64,000 nucleotides of DNA, taken from NCBI RefSeq assembly GCF_009914755.1, contig NC_060929.1; one strand, written 5' to 3'. The notes beneath the pieces are model-generated. The model worked only from the letters and a program-made list of their open reading frames with translations, did not search any database and had not been told where the DNA came from. This DNA is from the human T2T-CHM13v2.0 reference genome, Homo sapiens. Numbering within the stretch: the stretch's first letter is position 1; every line of letters begins with the position of its first letter. Positions 1 to 15,884 of the stretch are shown here, one piece after another. Position numbers and translations under genes: made by a program.

Positions 1-549
1 AGGAGCCAAACTCAGAACTCAGATCTATGCAGATTAGCTCTCTGCCCTTCCTTTAATAACTGGACTCTTGGAGCATCTGATTGACAGGTCTCTACCCCAA
101 TCTTTCTACTCTGACTGACCTTACATAACACGTAGGGTTCTCTAATACAGCTGATGCTATTAACTTGATTAAAAATATTTGATAACTTTTAAGTCGTCAT
201 AGGACAAAGCCCAATCTGTCTAAAGTGACATATTCTGGTCTACACACCTGAATTTACATGGTCTCCTACCACACTTCTCTAACTTCCCTGAGAGTGCCTC
301 GGGTGTCACCAAGTGGGGGTGGGGTGTAACACGGCTAGCAGCTGTGACACCAGGCCTTCTTTCCTGCTTGGAGAAGGCAGCTTTGCTTTTATCTCTTTTT
401 CATATATATAGATCATGTATATAGGTTCAAAAAAAAATAAACCTATATATAGGTTCATGTTTTTAAAACGGCTTAGCTTTAGAAAACCACTGCTTCAGAT
501 ACACAAAGGCATCATGGCACCTCTAACAGTACAATTAAGTACTAACTAC

Positions 550-878
550 ATGCCTTCCTGCCTTTAGACACTATCTTCACCTCCTCATCCCTTCCTGGCA
601 AATGCCTGTTCGTCTTTTGGGGCTGTAAAACAAGCACAACCTTCTCTGTTTCTTCAATTCCCAAGGCTGAATTATTTGCTCTTTCTCTTCTCCCATTCTA
701 CACATGCCTCTTTTTTTTTTAGTACTTTATACATTAAAAATAGTATTAAACAAGCTTATCTTTCCCATATACAATTACCTTCCCAGAGCTAGGGGTATGC
801 CTTATTTATATTTTTATCTCCACACTTTGCACAGTGTTTTGGATGTAGCAGGCTCTCAATAAGGCTCTGAGTGAATGG
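550..878 (+). mobile_element. L2 LINE 3' end fragment
   Basis: Typical L2 tail 'gcacagtgttttggatgtagcaggctctcaataaggctctgagtgaatg'; heavily diverged, boundaries approximate. Confidence 0.6.
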
Positions 879-1319
879 TAGTCACTGGTTTTCAACCTGT
901 AATCTTTGACATTCTAGGATTCTGCTCAAGATTGAGATAATTATGTAATAATAACCATGGTAATACTGTCCTTATATTTTCCAGCAACATTTTTCACAAC
1001 CCTTGAATTGGAAATATGGGTTTGTGGTCAATGAGATGGGTAAAGGCTGGAAATTTCCTTTAGGAAGTGATCTCCAGATACATGATGATAGAAGTCATGG
1101 AAATTAGATTTGCCTCTCCAAATGTCAGGCTACATTTCCATCATAGGGAAAGAGAACATTTACCACCACGGGCTGAGCACCATCAGGCATATTGCATATA
1201 TCATTTCATTTAATACAACACCGAAAACAAATTTGCTCTATTATTTCTACTTTATAAACAGTGACCATGAAACTTGGAAACATTAAAATAATTCAGGCTC
1301 TTAATAAGAGAAAATTCTA

Positions 1320-1523
1320 GCCTCGGGAACATGGCAAGACCCCATCTCTTAAAAAAAAAAAAAAAATTAGCCAGGTGTGGTGGTATGCTGTGGTCCATGG
1401 TCCCAGCTACTCAGGAGGCTGAGGTGGGAGTATCGCTTGAACCCAGCAGTCTGAGGCTGCAGTGAGCCATGTTCGTCAGGGTGACAGAGACAGAGAGCCT
1501 ATCTCAAAACAAACAAAAAACTC
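1320..1523 (+). mobile_element. 5'-truncated AluJ-like SINE
   Basis: Alu linker and right arm; 11-bp TSD AGAAAATTCTA at 1309-1319 and 1524-1534. Confidence 0.85.
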
Positions 1524-1743
1524 AGAAAATTCTATCTCGTCACTCCTATTGCATCATGACTACTAGTTCACTCGCTCATTAATTCACTCACTCCATTTAT
1601 TGATGTTTATGAAATTTATTAAGCACATTAGATGTGCCTTTAACATACAAAAGTTTCTTGTAAGTACATTACTTGGATAGATTCCAAATATTTAATTTCC
1701 AGGTCCAAGCTGCTTTGAAATCTAGAAACAGGCCATTATTTAA

Positions 1744-2063
<320 letters not shown>

Positions 2064-3161
2064 TAAAGACACATTTTGAATTTAAAAAAAGGTAAATATG
2101 CAACTTTTAGGGGAAAAAACATTGTATCTCTCATACATAATATTTTTAAATTATAATGTGCCCAAGATAGGAGGTTTTATATTCAGATCATTTTCTTGAG
2201 CTAGTTTAAATAACAGTTTTTTGTGTGCCTTTAAATACTGGTCTATATATTGTTTGCAAAATTGTGACCATTACATTTTAAAAATCTCTACAAACATTAG
2301 ATGATATCACATAACAAAACTTTGACAATTTCACAATTTTATTCCTTTTGACAAAATTTTATTTTAAACTAGTTTAACATGTGTAAGGCAATTTTGGATT
2401 TAAGATTTCCCTATTGGTTTTGTTTTAAAATGCACCTCTCTGGCCATGATTTCAGCAAGCCAAATTTCACACTACACATTTTAGAAGTTTCTTCAACTCA
2501 GAACAATTGCAGTAATCCCAGTTATACCACTACTTCTTAGCTCAAGGATTTGGCTATACCACAAGTTATATAACGTTCCCAGAAATGTAACTGCTGAGAA
2601 ACAGTCGAAATGTGGTTCACTATACCTTACCTGTACCAAACGTGGCACTCCTACCCCCAATACCAGTATTATAAAGTAGTTCCCTGGTCAGAAAACACAA
2701 AGCATACCTTTAATAATTGGGACAAACACACACACACACACAATTGGGCCACCATTTGTTCTAAGTATAGTTGCATAACAAAGCTGACTGCTTTAAAAGC
2801 TGGACTAAATCATGCTGATTGCTTGAAAGTCCAGACTACAAGAACATTGGGGCTAAGAACTGTATTTTCTTCATAACCTTTGGCTAAATTTGTCAAACTG
2901 AACTCCAAAATTCTCCTAAAGATTCTAGTTCTGTCTCCTATTCATTTATTGTAGATGTTAAAGTGTGACTAGATGCACGTCATATCAGATACAGATTGTT
3001 TAAACAACATGTGACGGCAATTCTATTATGTGTCAAATAGAGATTTTTGGTAAGCAGGCAATCATTTACCTTAGAGCAAACAAGTTAGAAATCAAGAAGG
3101 AAAAAAAAAAAGCCACCTTAACATGGCTATCATTTCATTTTTGGCTGTCTAATCTTTAGGT

Positions 3162-3249
3162 CATAGAGAGAGTGGGGCAGAGCTTGCCAAGGTTGCAGGT
3201 TCAGACATAGAGAGAGTGGGGCAGAGCTTGCCAAGGTTGTAGGTTCAGA
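3162..3249. repeat. 44-bp tandem duplication (2 copies, 1 mismatch)
   Basis: CATAGAGAGAGTGGGGCAGAGCTTGCCAAGGTTG(C/T)AGGTTCAGA at 3162-3205 and 3206-3249. Confidence 0.95.
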
Positions 3250-3655
3250 AATGACTTAGCATTTACCCCCCAGTCAACAGAAGGCAATGAATTCCAGTCA
3301 CCATTTCTCTGTACAATTCCTCAGTGGACTACAAAGAGCCAACTCACTTGAAGGAAATGCTAAAAACAGAATAAAAGAGTAGTCACCTTCAATTGCTCTT
3401 AGTTTTCTCTTTCTGTCCTACTTGATTGGTATTTCCTGCATTACCTATGACTGCTTTCTTTCCTCATGGAAGGGTACTTATTAGAATAAGATTATATCTG
3501 TAATAAAAAGAATAGTTCAAAATATCTAAATGTTCAGATAGTCCGTGTAGACTGGTTATAAACAGATCTGTAAAAAATGACTAAATTATATATTCTTATT
3601 GATTGAACTAGTATGTATTAAGTCCTAGAAAGGAGAAAAGAAATAAAAGTATTCA

Positions 3656-4150
<495 letters not shown>

Positions 4151-4719
4151 CTAGGGATTTGGAGAGGGAGATGATCATGTTAGAATCATGGGTCAACAAC
4201 TGCTGTAGAGCAATGGAATTGACTTTATTGATTTTTAAAGAAATGGCTAAATTCAGGTAAGTAGATGAAGGGCAGAAGGGGAGCCACATGGTGGGAAAAT
4301 GCAGGGCTTACTGGGGACAGCAAGTAAGCCAGATTGGGGCAACAGAGTTTGGTCAGGAAGGGAGTGGATGGTTAGCATGGTACGGCAGGCCAGGGCCTTA
4401 TGGGGAAGGCCTGGACAGCTGTGCTCAGGAGTCTCAACATTCCCACTGAATGCTCAACATGCTCGGTCTTTATCAAGGGCTTTCCATTTACACTGTCATG
4501 CTTCAATCTCTCAGTAACCCCGGGAACTGGGACTTTGGATCAGGAGGGTCAGTGAGTTGAAGAGACTTGCTCGTTAGTGAAAGAGCCAAAATTCAACCTC
4601 AGACTCTATGGCTCACAAAGTCAGTGCTCTTGCTGGTGGGGACATGGGAATTTCTTGAGTAAGGGAGTGAAATAAAAAATTTAGTATTCCAGGAAGTATA
4701 CTCTAGCCAGCTGGTACTG

Positions 4720-5195
4720 AGGGACTGCATTAAACAAAACAAGTCAGAAGTAGTTCCACTGAAAGTTTCAAAATGTAAGGGAGATTGACTTGTTCATGTA
4801 AGACATCAACAGAGCTAGACTGATACTAGCATACCAAAACCAACTAATCAATAGCTTGGTCATGCTACTCTCTCTGTGTTGGTCTCATTCTCTCCTACTG
4901 CATGTTTCATGTCTCCCCGCAACATGGTGGATGTGGGGCTGGGGGTAGGCAGAGAAGAAAGTAATTATCTTAGCCACAGCAGAAAAAGAGACAACCCCTA
5001 TTACAACATCTTCATATAAAACCTCAGTAAAGGACTCTGCTAGGGCATCGCTGTGGCCCGGAGGTAGAGTACTGACAGTGACAGCACAACTGAATTAAAA
5101 AGTTGTGGAGGGAGTTGCAGACTAAAAGAATATAGAATGCTCTTCTCAGGAGACATTGAAAGAACGGATGGAAAGACAACAGTTATTCACTATAA
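4720..5195 (-). mobile_element. Old MLT1 (J/K/L-like) MaLR LTR fragment
   Basis: Diverged motifs such as 'ctctctctgtgttggtctcattctctcc' and 'aaaggactctg'; recognised from memory, boundaries approximate. Confidence 0.4.
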
Positions 5196-5509
5196 CCAGT
5201 ATGCACTGAAGTTACACTGAATTACCAAGGTAGGATAAATTCTTCCACGGTTGAAGACCATAAACATGACATGGATCATGCATTTAATTATGTTATCCTG
5301 AGTTAATTCGTTATCACATAACGGAGTTTGCATTTTTATTCACAGACATGTTAAAGTTATATGAGCATTGCGTGTCATTCTAATGGTATGATGATTTCCA
5401 AATTTACCCTATATCTTTCTCTACTGGTTCACATGTCTTGTTTTTAGAAATTACTTTAGGAAAGATGATTTCAGTTTTGTCTCCCTTTGTTTCATTTCTG
5501 TTTTTGTTT

Positions 5510-5811
5510 TGAAAGGGGGTAAAGTTATGTTGCCCAGGCTAGAGTGCAGTAGCTATTCACAGGAGTAATCCCCCTGCTGTTGAGCACAGAAGTTTTAACT
5601 TGCTCTATTTCCAACCTGGGCCAGTTCCCCTCTCCTTAGGCAACCTGGTGGTCGCCCCTCCTAGGAGGTTACCATACTGATGCCACTTAGTGTTTGATGC
5701 AAACACCCAATGTGCATGATGCACTACAGCCCAGAACTCCTGGGCTCAAGGAATCCTCCTGCTTCAGCCTCCAGAGTAGCTGGACTATTGGTGCATGCCA
5801 CCTCACTTGGC
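5510..5811 (-). pseudogene. Full-length 7SL (SRP RNA) retro-pseudogene
   Basis: Reverse complement matches the 7SL Alu domain plus the S domain that Alus lack (…GGCATCAGTATGGTAACCTCCTAGGAGGGGCGACCACCAGGTTGCCTAAGGAGAGGGGAACTGGCCCAGGTTGGAAATAGAGCAAGTTAAAACTTC…GTGAATAGCTACTGCACTCTAGCCTGGGCAACATA), followed by an A-rich tail. Confidence 0.93.
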
Positions 5812-5908
5812 TTATTTGTTTTTAAAATATGCTACTTTCATACTCAATTACCTTTCATCAAAATTTTGTATATTTATAAATTATATATATATAAATTATA
5901 TATATATA

Positions 5909-6206
<298 letters not shown>

Positions 6207-6239
6207 AAAATTCTATATTTCATGATACTATATATTTCT

Positions 6240-6557
6240 TTTTCTCAGCCTTCCCCAAAGGAACCATTTGCCTATTACCAGGTTGACTATGCTATAGGAA
6301 AAAAAAAAAAAACAACAGTCCGACATTTGGGGATTACTGGCCCTGAACTGACACATTCCAAGAGATCCAAAACATCACTGTGGCCCACCAGTCAGAGCAG
6401 GAGTTAGTGGAGGTCAGGTGATCAAGGAGTTTTACCTCAGGTCAGTCCCATAGTGGGTACAGTGGGTCCCTGAACCCATCCTGTGGTTATTTCCTCAGTT
6501 CCAAAATGTATAATTGGAAAAAAACTACTGAGCAACTGGCAGAATCCCTGCATTGGT
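6240..6557 (+). mobile_element. ERVL (HERV-L/ERVL-E-like) internal fragment, protease region
   Basis: Degenerate translation includes DPKHHCGPPVR, GGQVI, VGTVGP*THPVVISSVPKCIIG and SNWQNPCIG, matching the recalled HERV-L protease region; stops and frameshifts present. Confidence 0.8.
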
Positions 6558-6741
6558 GGGGAATATAGAATCTTTCTTACTTTAGAATCTTCTCTACCTT
6601 CCATTCTGGGTAGTAAAACAAATATCTAGTGTGCTCAGAATTAGTACTTTGATTTCAAAAGTAACTGCCTATAATGTCTACGTGTATACCTAAGATATGG
6701 ACATAGAGAAGCAAATATTATAATGCCTCTTAAATTACTTA

Positions 6742-6907
6742 TTTTTTGTTTTAAAGACAGGATCTTGCTCTGTCACCCAGGCTGGAGTGCAGTGGCATGA
6801 TCATAGCTCAACACAGCTTCAAAATCTGTGACTCAGGCAATCTTTCCACCCTAGCCTCCCAGTAAGTCCCTCAGCTGGGACTGCAGGCATGAGCCACCAT
6901 GCCCAGC
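6742..6907 (-). mobile_element. Alu monomer (FRAM/FAM-like)
   Basis: Single right-arm-like monomer with T-tract. Confidence 0.8.
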
Positions 6908-7098
6908 ACTATACATAGGTATCTTAAATCCATATTATCTACATTTATCTTAAATATACATCTTAAAGGATATATCCTATGGTTTGGAGGTATCAAGAAA
7001 GTAAATATCCAATTTTTCCTAAACTTATTTTATAAGCAACTGGAAGCCAATCCAATTAAATTAATCAATGATAGGCAAACCATTTGGTGACACAGAGG

Positions 7099-7374
7099 TT
7101 TTGTTGTTGTTGTTGTTGTTTGAGATAGGGTCTCACCCTGTCACCCAGGCTGGAGTGCAGTGACACAATCTCGGCTCACTACAACCTCTGCCTCCCAGAC
7201 TCAGGCAATCCTCCTACCACCACCACGCCTCACTAATTGTTCTGATTTTTTTTTTGTAGAGATGGGGTTTCGCCATGTTGCCCAGGCTGGTCTCAAGCTC
7301 CTGAACTCAAGTGATCTTCCCACCTAAGCCTCCCAAAGTGCTGGGATTACAGGCATGAGCCACGACTCCCAGCC
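7099..7374 (-). mobile_element. AluJ with (TTG)n tail and internal deletion
   Basis: Alu dimer lacking part of the right arm. Confidence 0.9.
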
Positions 7375-8634
7375 TGAAATATAGATTTTAATCTTCAGCT
7401 TGCATTTTGTTCTAAACAACTTGTTTTCAATAAGAACGGGCAGACAAGTTTAAGCCACCATTTGTTGAAGCAGATCATTTATTGGTGTGTTCAGATGGTA
7501 CTGTACTAGCCTTCCTCTTCCCCTCCATCCTCCTAGCCATGTGCAGGGAATTTTCTCTTTTTGTTGGTTAACACTCTTCCTCATCTGGATTGCCTTCAAC
7601 TATGTGACAACGAAGAATTCAAGCACCAAAATAGCAGCAGCTACATATCCTTTGCATGACAGTGTAATTTCTTCTGCCTTAAGGCTGTGTCTAGCACTGA
7701 AATCATAGTCTGTTTACTTCGATCTGGTGCTACATTACAATGGGAGGGATTTAACTCTTACTTATAAACACACAAGGGAATTATTTCTCAGCTCTGTTTA
7801 GATTAGAATTAGAGATGAAATTGTGCAGTTCTTGTTGCTGCTGAGCCAATCACCCCATTGAGCAAAAACTTACCTTCCTACTTTACTAGACAAGCAAGAA
7901 TACTGTGCTGTCTTTTAAAATGTTCTGCAATATAACTATTAGAACCAATACAGAAAATTTTTGGTGGCTAGTGAGTATAGGCAATTAATCTTGAAAGTTT
8001 CCCACTTGACTTGAATGTTTGACTTTCTCTTCAGATGCTTTCTGCTGGGGAAGGAGCACTTCTGAATTAAAGAATTTTGCAAAAGAAAATGTGGCCAGGG
8101 ATATTATGTGCGTGTGTCTAAAACTGGGGATTATCAGTACATGCTAAGTGAATATGAGGCTTTATAAACCAATATTTTAAAATTTCATGATCAGAAAAAG
8201 TAATCTTTAACACCATTCTCTTACCCGTGATCGCTTAGTAATCTTCGTGTCTATGAAATTCTACCTCTGAAATATCTCTTCAGCTGTTCCCTTCTCTCTA
8301 TTCCCAATTTTATCTTTTAGATCCTATTGTCTCATCTGAATTTTTAGAAGAGCCTACTAATTTAATCTTCTGCTTCTGATCCTTTCCCTATGTTAACTTT
8401 CTAAATTATGAATATAATGTCACAATTTGGCTCAAATGTGATTTTAAACTATAAAGTAATTTAAACTGTAAGTCATATAACTAGTTTGATGATACCGTAA
8501 AGGTAGATATAAGATATTAATACTACTACTCAGAGACCCATGAATGTATCTCAGTGCCTGGCACAGAATAGGCACTTGATAAATATTTGCTTAATGATTA
8601 GTAAGCTTTCCATCGTTGGGCTTATGAGAAGCCA

Positions 8635-8880
8635 ACATTTATTGAGCATCTCCTTTGTGGCACATGCGTCAAGTCTCCAGCACTTGCTTGATCTTTAGCT
8701 AACACTGTTGTTTTAATGATTTTCTCACAAAGAAACAGATAGGGTAGGTATTAGTCTCATTTTAAGTATGAAGAAACTGAGGTCTTAAGAGTATATAACT
8801 TTCTCAAAGTCGCAAGACTAATAAGTACCAAGGCTGGAGTTTGAAGTTAAGTCTGAATTCTTAATCGACCCTCACACTTA
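8635..8880 (-). mobile_element. MIR
   Basis: MIR core 'gtattagtctcattttaagtatgaagaaactgaggtcttaagag'. Confidence 0.65.
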
Positions 8881-9009
8881 CAACATGCAGCTGAAACTTT
8901 TTCTTCCTGTTCCTTTGCTTTAATAGTTTAACATACTATTTGATACATACAAAAGAATACATGTAACAAATATAAATTGCAGAGCCTAAAAATAAATAGT
9001 AAGTATCTT

Positions 9010-11572
9010 AGTTTTTAAAAGTGAGCAAAAGATAAATGACAAGTCACCAAACAGACAAGTAAGCAAGTAAATGATGCTCAACGTCATCTGACATTAGGGA
9101 ATTACAAATTTAGACAAAGAATACCACTACACGTTTGCTAAAATAGCTAAAATTCAAAACAGTACCACCAACAACTGTTGGGTGCAAAGCAAATGGAATT
9201 CTCATTCATTGATGGTGAGAAAATGGTACAACCACATTGGAAGACAGTTTGGCAGTTTCTTACAAATACGACCCAACAATCACGCTACTAGGTATTTACT
9301 CAATTGATTTTAAAACTTACGTTCACACAAAGCCTATATGCAAATGTTTGTAGCAACCTTATGTATAGCTACAAAAAACTAGAAGCAATCAAGATGTCTT
9401 CCAATAGAAGAATCGACTACACAAACTGCAGTATAGCTATACAATGGAATATTATTCATTGATAAAAAGAATGAGCTATCAAACCACAAAAAAGATGAAT
9501 TTTGAATGTATATTGCTAAGTAAAAGAAGCCAGTCTCAAAAAGCTATATAAGGTATGATTCCAATTATATGACATTCTAGAAAAAGCAAAAATATAGCAG
9601 TCAAGGTCTGTGGATGCCATGGGTTCAGAGTGGGAGAGACAAATATGTAAAACATAGGGGATTTTTTTTATGGAGGTGAAACTATTATGTATGGTACTCT
9701 AAAAGTAGATGTAAGACATTAAGTATTTGCCAAAACCCAAAGAACTTTATAGCACAACGAATAAATCTCAATGTATGCAAATTAAAAAAAATTAACTAGA
9801 AAGTCGGGGAAGCCTAGCATGAAATGCAATCTAAATATATTATAAATAATCTAAACATATTACATTGCATACAACAACTTCCCAGAAAAGTATTGGGGTA
9901 TAAAGTGCAGAACTAAGTAACTCTTGAAGAAAGGGAAGTCTGTAAGACTAAAGGTAAAGGAAACTGTACGTAAGAATTGTCTCCCACAGGGGTATGGATT
10001 AATTTTGAAACCATTATATATGTATACTAAAATTAAACAATTGAGTAAATGGATGGTGGATAGCGTGAGCCAGATTTCTCACTGTTTTACTGAGAGATTA
10101 CAGATAAGCAAGGGTAAAAACGCTAGAATGATCCTTATGGGAATGAATTAGAGCTGAAGACCTCAGTATGAACTCATATTTAGTTTAATATACAGAGGAT
10201 TACATATAAAAATGTTTTTATATGTATATACATGGGCCAGCACACACACACACACATGCACACGTGCACACACAGAGTTCGCTCTATCAGCTGAGGTCTA
10301 GAAGCAATAATACCCCAGTGGCACACAGGGCACGCAGATCTTGGTTTCTGATTCCATTTTCCAATGACCAGGGCTTCTTCAACAAAAGGCTGATCCTGTC
10401 TGCGGCAAGAAATACCCAAGATGAGTGTGGAGCCTCTTACAGTGCCAGAGTTAGGAAGTGCCAAAAGAAAAAAAATCACCTAAAACCCCACAACGATGAG
10501 GCTATGTCAAAGGGACGTAGGAGCTAATTAAAAGAACATCCTATGCCAAAAATGGAACAATTTAAGCAACAAAATAACAGAGTATTGAATTATAATCCAA
10601 AGTATGAACCAGGCTTGATGGCACACACCTGTAATCCTAGCTACTTGGTAGGCTGAGGCAGAAGGATCCCTGGGGCCCGGGAGGATCCCTGGAGACTAGG
10701 AGCAATATGGCAAAACTGCATCTCCAAAAACAACAACAACAACAAACAACAACAAAACAAACAAAAAACAAAGTATAAAATAAATATCCATGAGTCTCTA
10801 CTGACATAAGTAAATAATTGAATAAATCAACAAATAAATGGGGTAGAAGAGATAAACCTACTATGTAGAAAAATTCCAAATAATTCCAAATAATTTGTGT
10901 AGGTATTCTATCCAAAAGAAAGTAAAGCATAACTACTCTCTAAGTATGGCTCTCTAAGTATGACCTGTTTCCAAACAGTAGAGTATGAAAAAAGAAAAAA
11001 AATAAAAATAAAAAAGAGTGGCTCTAGAGTGGAAAAAGTGGAGAAACCTGACAAACACTACCTCAAGCAGGTGATAAAAGTTTATATCAACAGTGATAAG
11101 TCACATTGACAGTGTTTACCCTTGATATGATGTGATGTGGCACTGTACCTCTGGGATCTTCCTTCTAAGTGTAATCATGAGAAAAACATCAGACAAATTC
11201 CTATTGAGAGGCGCTCTATAAAATACCTGACCAGTACACCTCAAAACTGTCAAGGTCGTCAAAGACAAGGAAAGTCTAAGAAGCTGTCACAGCTAAGTGG
11301 GGCCTAAGGAGATGTGAAAACTAAGTGTAATGTGGTGTCCTGTATGGGATCCTGGAACAGAGAAAAGCATACATAAAAACTAAGGAAATCTGAATACCAT
11401 ATCAACTTTAGTTATAAGCAATGTATCAGTATTGGTTCATTAACTGTAATAAATGTCCCCCTACTCTTAACAGAGGAAAATGGGTATGGGATACACAAAA
11501 CACTATGTACTATCTTTGTAATAATTCTGTATATCTAAAGTCATTCTAAAATAGAGTTTATTTAATAATAAA
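9010..11572 (+). mobile_element. L1MC/L1MD-type LINE-1, ORF2 3' end and long 3' UTR
   Basis: Motifs 'ggaagacagtttggcagtttcttac', 'gtatgattccaattatatgacattctagaaaaagcaaaa', 'ggagaaacctgacaaacactacctc' and 'gggatcctggaacagagaaaag'; flanked on both sides by an older antisense L1ME fragment (about 8920-8995 and 11575-11830). Confidence 0.85.
10609..10770 (+). mobile_element. Alu monomer (FLAM/FAM-like) inserted in the L1
   Basis: Monomer with (CAA)n tail; AAAGTAT(G/A)AA repeated on both sides. Confidence 0.75.
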
Positions 11573-12012
11573 TAACTAGCTATGAATGTACCACCCAATC
11601 AGAAACTAGAATATTATCTGTAACCTACAGCCATCCTCTGTGCTCCATCTCTCCCCTTACTTCCGGTACCTCGCCCCCACCTAAATAAATCACTATCCTG
11701 AATGTTGTATTTAATATCTTTCCTCGTTTTAGCACAGTCTTATTACACATGTATGCATATATACCTTTAAAGAGTTTGCTTATTTTTGAGCTTTATAAAA
11801 ATGGCACTGTACTATCTTCTGAGACTTGCACCAGTGGATTATGTATAAGAAAATTTATTGTGGCACTCTTTCTGAAAGAAAAATCTGGAAACAAAGCAAA
11901 TGTCCCAAATAAATAAACAGTGGTATAGCTTGCACAATGAAATATTACACAAAAGTGAAAAATATAAACTACATTCAACAATGTGGATGAGCTTTAGAGA
12001 AACAATACTAGA

Positions 12013-12391
<379 letters not shown>

Positions 12392-12467
12392 TCACCGAAT
12401 CTATTTCCAGTCACACCAAACTTCTCCATGAGACCTAAACATTCCACACTCTTGGACACCCACTTAG

Positions 12468-13209
<742 letters not shown>

Positions 13210-13851
13210 TCACTTGCCTTTGTACATCCAGTTTCTTCTGTCATTGCTCTCTGCTTGTCAAGTTCCTATTTACCCTTCAATGCCCAGATCAGAGATTACT
13301 TCCCTAACTCCCATGGCATTCCACTGAAATATTATTACACTTGTCACATTGTATTATAATTATCATGTGTATTTCTCCTCCTCCACCCACTAGTGAACTG
13401 TGGGCTCCCCAGACGCGGGGACAAAGCTTTGTGCATCTTTGGGTTCATGGCAGTTACCAGAATTTGACCAACTATATCTACTCAACAAATGTTTATTGAA
13501 TTATTGAATGAGTAAGTTTTCCCACATTTGTCAATTTTACATTTATTATACAAAAGGAGTATGCATACTGTAGAAAGTGTGTGCAACAATGCAGGGTTAC
13601 TATGGTCTCAAATCTGGGTTCACATACGAGTTCTGCTTTTGATAACTCAATGGTCTTGGGCAAGTTGCTTAATCAGTCTAAGTTCCATCTGAAACATGGG
13701 GATAATATCACACTCATATGGTTACTGAATTTAATAAGTTATGTTTTTAAAGAGTTTAACCCAATAGTGGTAGCCATTATTATGACCAATAATAAAAGCC
13801 ACTAACAGAAGGGTCGGGGAAGGGGCGGGGACCTTTAAGCAGTCTGATTCA

Positions 13852-14430
<579 letters not shown>

Positions 14431-15069
14431 GTAGGTTTGTGTCATGAACACAAACATATACACATGTGCACATACATGAACATACACATACGAACATAGA
14501 ATAATGCAATAACAAATAAATTGGAAGAAAGAAAAGTTTTAGAAAGAAAAATGTATAGTCTAATAAAAAAAAAAGAGGATAGAAATCACCTTAAAAGGAA
14601 GATTAAATTTTGGGAAAAGTGATTTATAGTCAGCCTGCAATAGGAACAGCATCTTATAAATATCAGTGGGTACAATAATGTAGGATATTTAGGAATAAAA
14701 GATGTTTATAAAATTAATCATTGTTCATCTTGCCCTCTCTCCAAACTGGCTTATTTTAAACTTTCTAGTATTTTCTGTCTGATATTCCTGGAGCAGAGCT
14801 GAAGAAAATAAATGTTCTTTCTGAAGCCTCTAAAAATAGTCCATCAACATGATTTTCCTCCAAAAATGAAAACCATAAGACTGGTAACATATTTAAAGGT
14901 GATGGGGCAGGTTTTAACACACAACTGTGCCACTGTTTAAAAAGTACCATCATGTTCTTTTCCTTAGGAAGTGTTTGTCCATTCACTAAACATTATAAAT
15001 GAAGTAGTAGCATACTCAAATTGCAATAACCCACAGAAATTGTATAGCACCATTTAAAGCATACTATTG

Positions 15070-15377
15070 ATGGGGCATAAGTGGCTCATGCCTGTAATGT
15101 CAGCAGTTTGGGAAACTGAGATGGGAGGATCGTTTGAGCCCAAGAGCAGTCTGGGCAACATAGTGAGACCTAGTCTCTACAAAAAAATATTTAAAAATTA
15201 GCTAGGCATGGTGGCATGCACCTGGAGCTACCTCCAGCTACTCTGGAGGCTGAGATGGGAGGATGGCCTGAGTCTGGGAGGTTGAGGCTGCAGGGAGCCA
15301 TGGTTGCACCTCTCGACTTCACTCCAGACTGGGCAACAGAGTGAGACTCTGACCCTGCCTAATGAATAAAGTAAAAC
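15070..15377 (+). mobile_element. AluJ
   Basis: J-type 'ggaggatcgtttgagcccaag' and 'gaggttgaggctgcag'. Confidence 0.88.
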
Positions 15378-15441
15378 ACAGTATGAGCCCACAAATAATC
15401 CCAATAATTTGATAATATATGAAGATCTCAAGAAACTGTGA

Positions 15442-15816
<375 letters not shown>

Positions 15817-15884
15817 TAAAAGATCCCTCACACTTCATTTTTTCCTACAACTTTGTAGCTTGGCTGTTTTACATGAATTAAGTA

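Noticed and set aside
7485-7735. 'ttcagatggta' and 'tctggtgcta' resembling reverse-complement miR-29; 'tgctgcta' near 24713 resembling miR-15/16
   Set aside because: Only seed-length matches, with no mature miRNA sequence or precursor hairpin.
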